Both the position numbers and the translations under genes were made by a program. Of a stretch of 56,447 nt of DNA, positions 30,695 through 40,381 are shown in pieces. Numbering within the stretch: position 1 is the first letter of the stretch; each line of letters begins with the position of its first letter. The notes under the pieces are model-generated. The model was not told the DNA's origin and searched no databases. It saw only the letters and a program-made list of their open reading frames with translations. Source of the DNA: an uncultured virus (IMG/VR IMGVR_UViG_3300032092_000008) (Duplodnaviria > Heunggongvirae > Uroviricota > Caudoviricetes); the IMG/VR virus record IMGVR_UViG_3300032092_000008; one strand, 5' to 3'.

Positions 30695-31833
30695 TATCTA
30701 ACAACCTTAAAATAAAATCCATTGTCATGAATTTGAATGTCATTTGCTGTACGCTGAATTTTTAATTCTATTTTATAGAATCGTTCTGGCATAAATGTAT
30801 TTAGTCGTAAGTTAAAGAAACTACCATTACTATCACATGAAATTTTTGTTGCATTGTCATCATATGGTATAATAGTCTCATTTGTCACAGCATCTTTAAT
30901 ACTATAATAACTTGCCGATGGTAATACATTTTGTGTAAAATAATACGAACTAGTTGCATATGCTCGATTTGGATACATTGGTCGAATACCTACATCAAAT
31001 CTTACACGTTCTGTTTCTCTATAACTTTCATGTAAATTAGAAATGTAAACTGTATAGTTACTAGTATTAATTACACTATTGCTCCCAGTTGTATATGATG
31101 TATCATTCCAAGCAACTTCAAGTCTAGGAACATAAATGGTATTTGTATCAACGCCATAAAACTTAATACTACCTAATATATCACCAGACCGTTCATCTGC
31201 CTTACTACGTTTAATTATAAATCCATGATTAGGAATATCCTGGGCAATCCAACGTTTAACAATATCTGTTACGTCCATTCTTACGTCCGGCTGCTCATAT
31301 GAAAATGATTGGCTAGCTTCATATGTCGACCCAGTAATCCATGTACCGCCGCCTAGTAACTCTGTAGCGCTTGTATCATTTTTACTATGGGCCGAACCGG
31401 TATTCCAGCGAGTTGCTTGATCTTCATTATCGCGATAATACCAACTAGCACCATTTCTTATTTCTGGTACATCATTGTAATTACCATTACCATTCGTCCA
31501 TGATTGTGAAACTGGAAATGCATAAATAGTATAATCAGTTGGCAAATCATTTGCATTGGCAGCTCTTAAATTCAAATATACAGATGCAGAATTATTAGCA
31601 CTACTACCAATTGGCGGAATTAGTCCAGTGTTGATAGCTGTACGTATGTTAGTTATTTGTGCTCCAAAGTCAATTAATATACGCGTGTTATGAGTATTAT
31701 CTTGTACTACCTTTTCTAACTTACTGCCAGACGCAATTTTTGTTAGTTCTATAATGCTATCTATACCCGTGTTACGGTTAGGATAACGTTCATATAATGT
31801 AGTATCTCTTTCGGCAAAATATAAATGATACAT
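30694..31833 (-). CDS. Virion protein with a DNRLRE/CBM96-like domain
   Basis: DTTLYE..P..NTG, DVTDIVKRW..NHGFIIK, PRLEV. Confidence 0.65.
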   Translation of the reverse strand: MYHLYFAERDTTLYERYPNRNTGIDSIIELTKIASGSKLEKVVQDNTHNTRILIDFGAQITNIRTAINTGLIPPIGSSANNSASVYLNLRAANANDLPTDYTIYAFPVSQSWTNGNGNYNDVPEIRNGASWYYRDNEDQATRWNTGSAHSKNDTSATELLGGGTWITGSTYEASQSFSYEQPDVRMDVTDIVKRWIAQDIPNHGFIIKRSKADERSGDILGSIKFYGVDTNTIYVPRLEVAWNDTSYTTGSNSVINTSNYTVYISNLHESYRETERVRFDVGIRPMYPNRAYATSSYYFTQNVLPSASYYSIKDAVTNETIIPYDDNATKISCDSNGSFFNLRLNTFMPERFYKIELKIQRTANDIQIHDNGFYFKVVR

Positions 31834-31849
31834 ATGTACACTTTAGTTT

Positions 31850-33727
31850 TTATGGTTTAACAACACGACCCTTGATATCAGAGTTTACATATTTTATTTC
31901 AAATATACATGGATCTAGACTAGGATATATAATACTATTTTTGGTAGCTGCTTGAATATCATAAACATTACCTGAGTAACCACTATTAGTGTCATATAAA
32001 TTCACTACTTCAAAGTTAGCGACACTTTGTACCATTGATAATGAATCCAATTCACTAATAACATTTGACACATTAATTGTTCCGTTAATTTGCATTCGAT
32101 CATTATTAAACAATTGTTTTAATCGATTAACACATTGTAAAATAGCTTCGTTACTATTAACAGATGGCTTTGGTACAATTTCAAAATTAATGCCAATATT
32201 AATTATGTATGCTGTTTTAATATTAATAGCATCTGTTAACATACGGAAATTTGATAAATATGTACGTAAATTTTCACGTAATGCTTTATTTGGTGTAGTA
32301 AAGTTTTTATTACTATCATATGATAATGTATATAGATTTAATGCTAATGGATTTGATATGGTATCTCGAGGATAGTCACGATCATTTGTATCTTGTTGAG
32401 TATCTTGAATAATATATGCTTTTTCAATAGATCCATATTTTGGAGGCATTGTATAACAACGAGCTATATAATCTTCACGTGTAATTGCTCTATTTTGAGC
32501 TGCAAAGTTTGCAATTGCATTTTGACGTATATTATCTAACGTGTCACGCTCTGCTGCGCCGCGGGCTGGCTCTGGATTATTGACTGCTAGTGATGCTTTT
32601 GTACTAGTTAAGTCAATAGTATTTATCTGATTGGCATAAGTAATACTGGCAAAATCTATTAATGTTATTGTATTTGCCCCAACATTATCTCCAACTCCTC
32701 CACCAATACTATAATTTACAGTTAATGTAGTATCACTTGGAGCTAATCCATATGTACTTGTATACAAAAAGTTTGTCGGATCAATATTACTTGTTGTTAT
32801 ACGTTCTAAATATTCTAAGCCCATCCCAATATTTTTTGGATTTGGAATTATTTCTTCATCTGAGTCAGAACTAATACCCGAACCAAATTGTAATTCGGTA
32901 CGATAATCTGCTCTTACTCGAGAAACAAAACGACGCGCTGAACGTCTTAATTTTAAAATATACGGTACTGTACTACGGTATACTGACAATTCAGGATCAT
33001 TAAATGGAATATTTTCAACGTCTTCAAATACAGTATCCTGTGCCAAATAATCTACTTGATACCATACGTTATTCTCTGAATCAGTTACATTGATAATATC
33101 TAATACATTAGTATCAGGTAATGTAATTTTATCATAAGGCTTTGCATCATTAAAAATATATGAGGCTGTTTTAATTAAACCAGAAATTGCTGGTACAGAC
33201 TTTTTAAACAAGTAATACGTCACATCACCAGATTCACTCACACTATACACACTTATATCCAAAGGACTAGAAGCGGTTGACTGATTAAAATCAACGGGTT
33301 GTAATGTTCTAAATGATTTATCATCTGATGTTTTCACAATCATGCCAGCATTTATTGTCAATGCATATCGATAATCCGGCTGAGCATTTTGGCCAGACCC
33401 AATCGCTGGAACTAATTGAAATACATCAACATTCACGTATGCTGGGGAGTTTAATTTTGGTTTATATCCAAACAACTGTGACAACATTAAAACATTTGCA
33501 TCTTCTTGAGCTGTAGATAAAACAGATTCACGAAATTGCTGATCGGCATAATATGATAAAACATCACCTACATATGAAGCCATTTCAATAAACATCATAC
33601 CAGGTGACGATTCATTAAAATCAGAATATGTGTTTGGAAAATACTGCTTGGTGAAGTTTATTAAGTTTTGTCTAAACTGAGCAAAATCTTTGTTTGTATA
33701 TTTTATATCTTTTTTAACTAAATCCAT
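31850..33727 (-). CDS. Baseplate wedge subunit (T4 gp6 / baseplate J-like)
   Basis: DFAQFRQNLINF..YF..YSDFNESSPG..FIEMASYVGDVLSYY; LQFGSG; GGG..N; AQNRAITREDY. Confidence 0.9.
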   Translation of the reverse strand: MDLVKKDIKYTNKDFAQFRQNLINFTKQYFPNTYSDFNESSPGMMFIEMASYVGDVLSYYADQQFRESVLSTAQEDANVLMLSQLFGYKPKLNSPAYVNVDVFQLVPAIGSGQNAQPDYRYALTINAGMIVKTSDDKSFRTLQPVDFNQSTASSPLDISVYSVSESGDVTYYLFKKSVPAISGLIKTASYIFNDAKPYDKITLPDTNVLDIINVTDSENNVWYQVDYLAQDTVFEDVENIPFNDPELSVYRSTVPYILKLRRSARRFVSRVRADYRTELQFGSGISSDSDEEIIPNPKNIGMGLEYLERITTSNIDPTNFLYTSTYGLAPSDTTLTVNYSIGGGVGDNVGANTITLIDFASITYANQINTIDLTSTKASLAVNNPEPARGAAERDTLDNIRQNAIANFAAQNRAITREDYIARCYTMPPKYGSIEKAYIIQDTQQDTNDRDYPRDTISNPLALNLYTLSYDSNKNFTTPNKALRENLRTYLSNFRMLTDAINIKTAYIINIGINFEIVPKPSVNSNEAILQCVNRLKQLFNNDRMQINGTINVSNVISELDSLSMVQSVANFEVVNLYDTNSGYSGNVYDIQAATKNSIIYPSLDPCIFEIKYVNSDIKGRVVKP

Positions 33728-33734
33728 ATTACCT

Positions 33735-34253
33735 TTAGCTTATAGCAGTTAATTGTGTAACAGTTGGTGTATTAACTAATTGTAAACTATTTTCATTAGC
33801 TAGTATATTAATAACTTGATTAGCTCCAGCTTCTGTAACAGAAAAATACAATCTTATTAAAATTGAATAACTGTCTTGAATTTGTAATATATCAATATTT
33901 TGTATAACAATATATGGTAACCAAAAATTAATACTGTCTGTTAATTCATTTTCTATAGTATCTGACAAGTCATCTACATTTTGTTCAAATATTAAACGCT
34001 GTAATGATGTTCCAAAGTTTGGCTGCATTACACGTTCACCTTTAACAGTTAATAATAAATTTTTCAAATTACTAATTGACTGTTCTTCTGTTGAATATGA
34101 TTGATTAAATACTCCTTTACCACTAACACTTGCATCATAACCAGATAATGATGTTGATCGAGAATTAGCTCCTTTATTAAAAGGCAGAGTAACTCCAATG
34201 CTTTTATCAGGCATTGTATTGATAGTTTGATATTGATAAATTGTACGAGCCAT
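33735..34253 (-). CDS. Baseplate wedge / sheath initiator (gp25-like)
   Basis: NLKNLLLTVKGERVMQPNFGTSL..LIFE...WLPYI. Confidence 0.92.
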   Translation of the reverse strand: MARTIYQYQTINTMPDKSIGVTLPFNKGANSRSTSLSGYDASVSGKGVFNQSYSTEEQSISNLKNLLLTVKGERVMQPNFGTSLQRLIFEQNVDDLSDTIENELTDSINFWLPYIVIQNIDILQIQDSYSILIRLYFSVTEAGANQVINILANENSLQLVNTPTVTQLTAIS

Positions 34254-34256
34254 TTA

Positions 34257-34724
34257 TTACTTTAAGCCTTTCTTTTTATCAATTGCTTTCATTAAAGCAG
34301 AATAATCTTTGGTCATGGCATTAACAGCTGTTGCAACTTGTTCATTTGCCATATTTACTGGACGACCATCAATATCAGTCTGAGGAGCAATATATGGTAC
34401 ATTACTATCACCGTTACTACGCATGCCGCCAAAAGCTTGAGCCATTTCTGATTTAAAATTTATAGTAGCCCATTCATCAGCTGGCAAAGTGGCAGTTTCA
34501 TTTAACAAATCATTTAACATTGGGTCTTTAGAAAATGTTTTACGTTCATGATGTCTAGATGTTTGAAGGTTTGCCATTTGTTCTAATTCCAGTCCATGGG
34601 TAATAGTTTTCTTATGATCGGTTTTATTCTCTGATAACATTCTCTTCATCTCAGTACGAACAGCTGCTTGTACTTCTTCACGTATAACTTTACGTAGCGT
34701 ATTAATAAATCCTTTAGTATCCAT
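34257..34724 (-). CDS. Hypothetical baseplate-module protein with an IREEV leader
   Basis: LRKVIREEVQAAV..MLSE; LNDLLNETA; KDYSALMKA; ATATTTAT motif upstream. Confidence 0.7.
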   Translation of the reverse strand: MDTKGFINTLRKVIREEVQAAVRTEMKRMLSENKTDHKKTITHGLELEQMANLQTSRHHERKTFSKDPMLNDLLNETATLPADEWATINFKSEMAQAFGGMRSNGDSNVPYIAPQTDIDGRPVNMANEQVATAVNAMTKDYSALMKAIDKKKGLK

Positions 34725-34742
34725 AGTATTTCTTTATTTTAT

Positions 34743-34750
34743 ATAAATAT
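34743..34750 (-). promoter_or_regulatory. Putative late promoter ATATTTAT
   Basis: About 19 nt upstream of ATG 34724. Confidence 0.75.
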
Positions 34751-34751
34751 G

Positions 34752-35861
34752 TTACTGCTTTAGAGTTGCGATTGTTGCAGTAACATTGGACAATTGCGAT
34801 GTAATAGATGATAATTGACTAGTTATAACAGGTGTACCAGATGATAATGTTGCAGGACTGGGTAAAACAATACCCAATGCACTTAATGCCGTAACGGCTG
34901 GTAAGTCAGAAATTGCCGCGGTATTAATTAATGTTGTTAATGCAGTTACTTGTGCAGTTAACTGAGTTAATTGTTGCTGCATGATATCAACTTGAGTAAA
35001 AAACTTATCCATGTCAACTGCCCATGCTGGAGTAGATATTGAAACGGTACGCTTACCAGATAAAATCACAGCATCATCTTTGGCATTTAATAATATACGA
35101 GTGGCATTGCCAATTAACTGTGACTTGTTATAAACAGAAGTGTCTAATAGTCCTAAGGCAAGACGTCTTTGTGACAGTGATAGTTTTATTTGTTGACTTG
35201 TAGTTAAATAGATAGACGATTCATCATCATTGACATCTTCAACGTTGTACTGAGTAATATTATTATTTTTTATTCCGTTTGAAATGACAATTAATGGGTC
35301 GCCATTTTTAGTACCAGACCATGATGGCGTTAAACTGTATGTTGATAGATTACCTAATACCGATGATGTAAATCTAATAGCGGAGCCGTTACGAGATTGA
35401 ATTATACGATCGCCTTCATATGGTTGTAAAAAACTTCTATCTTGAATATTAAAGGTTAACGTTTTCTTTTCAGTTGTAGGAATTGCAGATGAGTTACGTA
35501 ATCCTTGTGATAATGAAACGCCGCCTGACTTAGCAATAGTATTAATATACCCTGGCATTATATTATGATTTAGATTACTAGTACTATTAACAGCTTTAGA
35601 ATAATAATATTTTGTACGTATACGATCTATGTTTGTATCTGAACCGATTGCTGTATGTAATAAAACATGTTCACCGATTAATGGAACTTCAAAGTCGTTG
35701 ACATTTAATGGATATGCAAACGTATCTTTTGCTTGTAACGTGTTATTACCAGATTCTTGTAAACGTACTTTTATTGAGCCTTTTGGAAGCGTGTTTCCAA
35801 ATTTATCAATAGACTCTTTATAAGCAAATGATGTGTCAATTACCTCAGCCGAGATGATCAT
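34752..35861 (-). CDS. Baseplate hub/spike protein (gp5/gpV-like, no lysozyme domain)
   Basis: OB-fold PLIGEHV; YEGDRIIQSRNGSAIRF; RILLNAKDD; lies upstream of gp25 and gp6. Confidence 0.7.
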   Translation of the reverse strand: MIISAEVIDTSFAYKESIDKFGNTLPKGSIKVRLQESGNNTLQAKDTFAYPLNVNDFEVPLIGEHVLLHTAIGSDTNIDRIRTKYYYSKAVNSTSNLNHNIMPGYINTIAKSGGVSLSQGLRNSSAIPTTEKKTLTFNIQDRSFLQPYEGDRIIQSRNGSAIRFTSSVLGNLSTYSLTPSWSGTKNGDPLIVISNGIKNNNITQYNVEDVNDDESSIYLTTSQQIKLSLSQRRLALGLLDTSVYNKSQLIGNATRILLNAKDDAVILSGKRTVSISTPAWAVDMDKFFTQVDIMQQQLTQLTAQVTALTTLINTAAISDLPAVTALSALGIVLPSPATLSSGTPVITSQLSSITSQLSNVTATIATLKQ

Positions 35862-36223
35862 TATGGCTCCTGGTTATCTTTTAGAGCCTGTATTTCTTTC
35901 TCTGCTTCGCGCAATAAACGGTCACGTTCTTCATCCGATAAACCAAATTCACTACCATCATCTAATGTACGATTATTTGCTGAAATTAAACGTTGTACAA
36001 CTGATGCAAGTTTAACTAAAGCATCATCGTTCTTAACAGAAACTTCAAGATACTCTTTAATCATAGGAACAATTAAAGTAGCATCACCAGTATTTTTTAC
36101 TAATGGCTGTAACTGTTGTATAAGAGCGTCGATTTGACGAGATTTCTTTTTTGAATTGTGGTATATATCCTTCATTAAGTCTGAGAAGGATGTACCTTTA
36201 AAAAGTTCAAATTCTGCTGACAT
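35861..36223 (-). CDS. Helical hypothetical protein
   Basis: 120 aa; FSDLMKDIY..PMIKEYLEVSVKNDDALVKLA; ATATTTAT motif upstream. Confidence 0.7.
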   Translation of the reverse strand: MSAEFELFKGTSFSDLMKDIYHNSKKKSRQIDALIQQLQPLVKNTGDATLIVPMIKEYLEVSVKNDDALVKLASVVQRLISANNRTLDDGSEFGLSDEERDRLLREAEKEIQALKDNQEP

Positions 36224-36241
36224 ATATCCGTAGCCTTTCTA

Positions 36242-36249
36242 ATAAATAT
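36242..36249 (-). promoter_or_regulatory. Putative late promoter ATATTTAT
   Basis: About 19 nt upstream of ATG 36223. Confidence 0.75.
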
Positions 36250-36252
36250 AAA

Positions 36253-37008
36253 TTAGGCTAAGATACGTCCTGTTTCATGATAATAGGTAAACATACGTTC
36301 AAAATCTGCTTTCATTACATTGATAACTCTTGTAATGTTCTGAGTTTTTAATCCAGTGCGTTCTCTGATTAGTATGTAAATAGATTTTTTATTGAAGTCT
36401 TCAATGTTTTCACGTATACGAAATAGTTCTAATATGGTATCGGCTATTACGATATCTCGTTTATTTGTAAATATCACATTTAGATTTGCATCGTAATATT
36501 CAATCCATTGATTGGTAAAATCTCGTAATGATTCTTGATAAGATGAAATTGATACTTCGGTACCTAAATTGCGTGTTTCGTCAATTAGTATAGGCTCTAC
36601 CTTACGTTTTAACTTTGCATAGTTTGCATTGTTCTGTATGATAAGATAATTCTTTGCAATAATACTGAAATAACTAAAAGCTTTACCTTTACCTTCAGTA
36701 AATTTATCAATCTTTTCATTGAGAAATGCAACAACTTCACATTTAACATCTTCATATGGTACATCAAAATAACTAAACTTAAACGTATGATAAATGTTTT
36801 CAACTAGTTTATTAAATGGATAATCTATAAACTCTCGATATATTTTATTACGTAAATTATAATCCGTTTCTTTGTTATAAGCAATAATTGCTTTCTCTGT
36901 TAATAGTGTAAAGTATTGTGTCTTACTTGGCTTTCTCCCACGTTTACCTTTAGGATCCATAACGGCATCAGCCTCGAGTTCATCGTAAAAAGATTGTACT
37001 GGTGACAT
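36253..37008 (-). CDS. Phage RNA polymerase sigma factor (gp55-like, probable late sigma)
   Basis: Region-2-like KF.EGKGKAFSYFSIIAKNYLI (cf. gp55 PFAYFTQI); C-terminal HTH-like IRERTGLKTQNITRVI. Confidence 0.75.
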   Translation of the reverse strand: MSPVQSFYDELEADAVMDPKGKRGRKPSKTQYFTLLTEKAIIAYNKETDYNLRNKIYREFIDYPFNKLVENIYHTFKFSYFDVPYEDVKCEVVAFLNEKIDKFTEGKGKAFSYFSIIAKNYLIIQNNANYAKLKRKVEPILIDETRNLGTEVSISSYQESLRDFTNQWIEYYDANLNVIFTNKRDIVIADTILELFRIRENIEDFNKKSIYILIRERTGLKTQNITRVINVMKADFERMFTYYHETGRILA

Positions 37009-37298
37009 TAAAACCTTTCATTTATTTGTTCAACAATACCTTTTAGTTCTTTAAATACATAACCAGTTTCATCATCTGCTTCAAATGATCCTATTCGGTC
37101 AATTTGTCGCATGCGAGATGCTGATGCGTTTATTGTTTGTTTCATATCATTAAACAATAATTCAAATTCTTCATTAGAACGTTCTAACTCAGAAATAGCA
37201 TCTTCATGTGATTCCAATTTACGTAACAAGTTGTAAATTACAAATCCTAGTATAACATTTACACTAAAAGATATACTTAGCAATATATAGAAAATCAT
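37008..37298 (-). CDS. Membrane-anchored coiled-coil protein
   Basis: N-terminal TM helix, heptads, GSFEADDETG motif. Confidence 0.7.
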   Translation of the reverse strand: MIFYILLSISFSVNVILGFVIYNLLRKLESHEDAISELERSNEEFELLFNDMKQTINASASRMRQIDRIGSFEADDETGYVFKELKGIVEQINERF

Positions 37299-38050
37299 TA
37301 ATTGTCTCCAAATAAGTCTTTAAATAAATCCTGAGCATTTAACTCAGTTGATGTAGTTTTTTTTGTAACAGTTTTAGTAACCGGAGTAGCTGTTACAGAT
37401 GGTTTTTTATCTCGCCACATTTCATATTCAATACGAGCAGCCATATGATCCGCATGATGTAAAATCAATGCCATATTATTTCTAAGTTTGGCTTCTGGAC
37501 TACGAGAGATAAAATAAGGTTTGTTAGCATCATCATATAAACCATCATGTATACGAATAGCTTGATATTCATTCCATGAAACATTAACAGCGAAGTGTTG
37601 CAATGTCCATAAACTTAAATCTGGTACCATTGTGAATGGAATATTAGGATTATGTTTATACATCTTGCCTTGATTCTTACGATGCCATTCTGAGTCGTTA
37701 GTAATATATACTTCACCATTTTCCTGAGGAAATCCTGCCTTTCCTAAATCATGATGCATGGCTGCAAATAAAAGTTCTTCTTTGGAAAATCCGTCTACAC
37801 TAGCACCAGATGCTTCCCATGTATTATATAATGATTCAGCACAATCCATTACACGGAGTACATGATCTATATAACCACCTTCAAAAGCATTATGAAAATG
37901 ATCTGTACTAGAAGCAGGCATTAATGCCATGCGTTCTTCGAAATAATCATACATTTTATTCAAGGCATTTGCCCTTGCCGGGAACAGTTCGTTAACACGT
38001 TTACGATACTCATTCCAATTTTTTTCAATTTGTTCTGCTGATAAACTCAT
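37298..38050 (-). CDS. HD-domain phosphohydrolase
   Basis: PAS..HFHNAFEGGYIDHVLRV, HHDLGK, IRIHDG, HHADH. Confidence 0.9.
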   Translation of the reverse strand: MSLSAEQIEKNWNEYRKRVNELFPARANALNKMYDYFEERMALMPASSTDHFHNAFEGGYIDHVLRVMDCAESLYNTWEASGASVDGFSKEELLFAAMHHDLGKAGFPQENGEVYITNDSEWHRKNQGKMYKHNPNIPFTMVPDLSLWTLQHFAVNVSWNEYQAIRIHDGLYDDANKPYFISRSPEAKLRNNMALILHHADHMAARIEYEMWRDKKPSVTATPVTKTVTKKTTSTELNAQDLFKDLFGDN

Positions 38051-38055
38051 AATTT

Positions 38056-38670
38056 TTAAATAATTTCGTCAATAATTCCATATTCTAGTAACTGTTCAGG
38101 CATTAAATACAAGTCATTCATTGTATTTGCCGCCCACCATTTTGCATCTTTTTTAGTTTTTGATGCTAATAAATCATTTACTTCTTGTTCTAATTTATTA
38201 AGATTTTTCAAATAACTATTCATATCCGAAGCTTTTCCGTAAATATCTGTTGAAGCCTGATGAAACATTACTGTTGATCGTTTACTAATCATTCTCGTTC
38301 CGGTACCGCATGCCAATATAACAGCGGCAGCACTCATTGCTCTACCACGACAAATAATATTAACTGGCACATCCAATGATTCAATATAATCAATAATACC
38401 AAACATTTCATATACATCACCTCCCGGTGAGTTCAATAATAAGTTGATAGGCGATTGATCAGTTTCTTCTCGGGTTGCCATTATTGCACGTACACGCATT
38501 ATGAAACTCATTAATGTCGTGTTGTTAATTTCTCCCTCAATAAACACAACAGAATTTAGAATATCTACTCGATTGGTTAATTGATTTGAAATTTCAGCAT
38601 ATATATCTGGTAGCTGATCTGTTACTATATTTGTAACTGGGGTGTTGTTGTTTTCTCCGTATATACTCAT
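38056..38670 (-). CDS. clpP: ClpP-family serine protease subunit
   Basis: NSPGGDV, AMSAAA (Ser), MFHQ (His), D.YL.PE..EYGIIDEI (Asp). Confidence 0.92.
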   Translation of the reverse strand: MSIYGENNNTPVTNIVTDQLPDIYAEISNQLTNRVDILNSVVFIEGEINNTTLMSFIMRVRAIMATREETDQSPINLLLNSPGGDVYEMFGIIDYIESLDVPVNIICRGRAMSAAAVILACGTGTRMISKRSTVMFHQASTDIYGKASDMNSYLKNLNKLEQEVNDLLASKTKKDAKWWAANTMNDLYLMPEQLLEYGIIDEII

Positions 38671-38674
38671 ACGA

Positions 38675-38706
38675 TTATTATATTAAATTTTTAGTAAAAG
38701 GTCAAA
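38675..38706 (-). promoter_or_regulatory. Host-type promoter for the clpP-HD-sigma operon
   Basis: TTTG-N20-TATAATAA, also readable as TTGACC-N17-TATAAT. Confidence 0.6.
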
Positions 38707-38711
38707 TTAAT

Positions 38712-39209
38712 TTAAAGCTTTTTTAACTGCTTTTCAATACGTTTTAATTCTGATTGTTTTGTACGTATATCTTTTTTAAGACTTGCTTTATTTATTTCTC
38801 CGCGAACAACTAGCAATTGAGTCAATAATGTATCACGTAAATCTTGTTTTTCTTGATTGGTTAATTTCTTTTTTGGTGTATTGTCAATAACTGTTATAGG
38901 CAATGTGCCTTTTAATTTAGGTTGAACCTCACCTTTATGATAAACATTGCCCTCAGCATCAACATAAACCTTCATGAATTGCCAACCTCGAGGATGTCCG
39001 GTAGGTGTATAGTAATTTCCAATATCAGGAGCATCTGTTAGTTTATTTGTGCATGCCGGACATAGTACTGCTGTAGTACGATTTCCTACCTCTGTCCAAT
39101 TATTACATTTAACTCCCTCCCAGTATTTACCACCGGGTATACTATTTTGGCAAATCATAAATCGTTTGCCTTTAATAGTTCTAGACTCGTATTCAACAGT
39201 TTCTTTCAT
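38712..39209 (-). CDS. Hypothetical Zn-binding protein
   Basis: C..C..CPAC; PRGWQFMKVYVDAEGNVYHKG. Confidence 0.7.
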   Translation of the reverse strand: MKETVEYESRTIKGKRFMICQNSIPGGKYWEGVKCNNWTEVGNRTTAVLCPACTNKLTDAPDIGNYYTPTGHPRGWQFMKVYVDAEGNVYHKGEVQPKLKGTLPITVIDNTPKKKLTNQEKQDLRDTLLTQLLVVRGEINKASLKKDIRTKQSELKRIEKQLKKL

Positions 39210-39215
39210 AACTTA

Positions 39216-40211
39216 TTAATAATAACGACCAGTTGTTTTTTTAACTGGTTTTGTTTTTTCATCGTAAATATCTTGTTTTATTTCTTCGATAACTTCTGTA
39301 TGCATTGGTGTGTTGCCTTCTGGTATTTCCTCCTTAATTGACTCTATTACAGGTTCAATAACAGGTTCTTCAATTATAACGGGTTCTTGTATATCCGACT
39401 GTACACTTACTGGGTTTAAACGGCTAAATGCTTGATTAGCTATTACCACTAATGTGATGGCTAATGGGTCAAAAACGAATATAATAAGTAACAAATACCA
39501 ATTAATAACCTTATCCATAGTTTGGCCGGTTAGTGTAGCTAAATACATTAATGGACCCAATTCTCTAGTACCAGTATCGGCATTTTTCAATTCAATTATT
39601 TTTAAATCATACTTGGCAATAGAATCATTCGTAACCGATAGTTTCTTGTCAATTTTATCACGATCTGATAAAGCTTGCTGTAACTGATTTTCTAAAATAC
39701 CTCGAGATGAAGTATTTGTATTAGTTATAACTTGACCAGTGGTTCTATCTACATATTGAGTTTGGCCTGGGTTCGAAATAGCTAACCGTATGTCAGTTAT
39801 AGATTTTGTTAGTTGATTTTTCTCATCAACGATTAACATTTGTTGTGATTGGAATGCAGATTTTTTAGATTCTAATAAAGAAAGTGAACGATTCGTTACT
39901 TCGGTTTTACTATACGTTTCTTGATATGCACCTGATAAGTATCCGTATATACCAGCACTAGTAATTAACATTAATATTGTTATCGCGACTAATAAATAGA
40001 CACGTAAAATTTTATTAATACTATCCCAGTACTGATATAATGCAGATGCGATTACTAACTTAGCAAATTCTAAACTACCACCCATAATCATTACTTGTAT
40101 ACTAGCTCCAGCAAACAATTTACCTAGACCGTATACGGAATAGAACGCTGCAGAGCCAGAGACAGCAATTGCTGCCAATGCAATTATATATGGTAATAGT
40201 TTATCTTTCAT
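39216..40211 (-). CDS. Membrane protein: three N-terminal TM helices, coiled coil, one C-terminal TM helix
   Basis: Hydrophobic helices; LEFAKL and FVFDPLAI motifs. Confidence 0.8.
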   Translation of the reverse strand: MKDKLLPYIIALAAIAVSGSAAFYSVYGLGKLFAGASIQVMIMGGSLEFAKLVIASALYQYWDSINKILRVYLLVAITILMLITSAGIYGYLSGAYQETYSKTEVTNRSLSLLESKKSAFQSQQMLIVDEKNQLTKSITDIRLAISNPGQTQYVDRTTGQVITNTNTSSRGILENQLQQALSDRDKIDKKLSVTNDSIAKYDLKIIELKNADTGTRELGPLMYLATLTGQTMDKVINWYLLLIIFVFDPLAITLVVIANQAFSRLNPVSVQSDIQEPVIIEEPVIEPVIESIKEEIPEGNTPMHTEVIEEIKQDIYDEKTKPVKKTTGRYY

Positions 40212-40381
40212 TAAGATATTGTGACACGTTCATGTACGAATTTGACTCTGTTTCTAATTTCACGTAAACGACGTACCGCTTCATTGGTATCAACTGCCTT
40301 CTTTTGGGCTAGTTCGATTAAGATTCGTAGCATATCTTCTGCTTCATCTAAACGACGTAACACATTGTCTTTGTCTCTCAT
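40211..40381 (-). CDS. Small helical protein (56 aa, absent from the ORF track)
   Basis: MRDKDNVLRRLDEAEDMLRILIELAQKKAVDTNEAVRRLREIRNRVKFVHERVTIS; ATGA and TAATG overlaps at both ends; AAGGAG upstream. Confidence 0.8.
   Translation of the reverse strand: MRDKDNVLRRLDEAEDMLRILIELAQKKAVDTNEAVRRLREIRNRVKFVHERVTIS

Noticed and set aside
35861..36223. Small terminase call for the 120-aa helical protein
   Set aside because: Size and helicity fit, but there is no diagnostic motif and it is far from terL; left as hypothetical
37298..38050. Cas3-HD or CRISPR association of the HD protein
   Set aside because: No cas genes or array nearby; the motifs are generic HD
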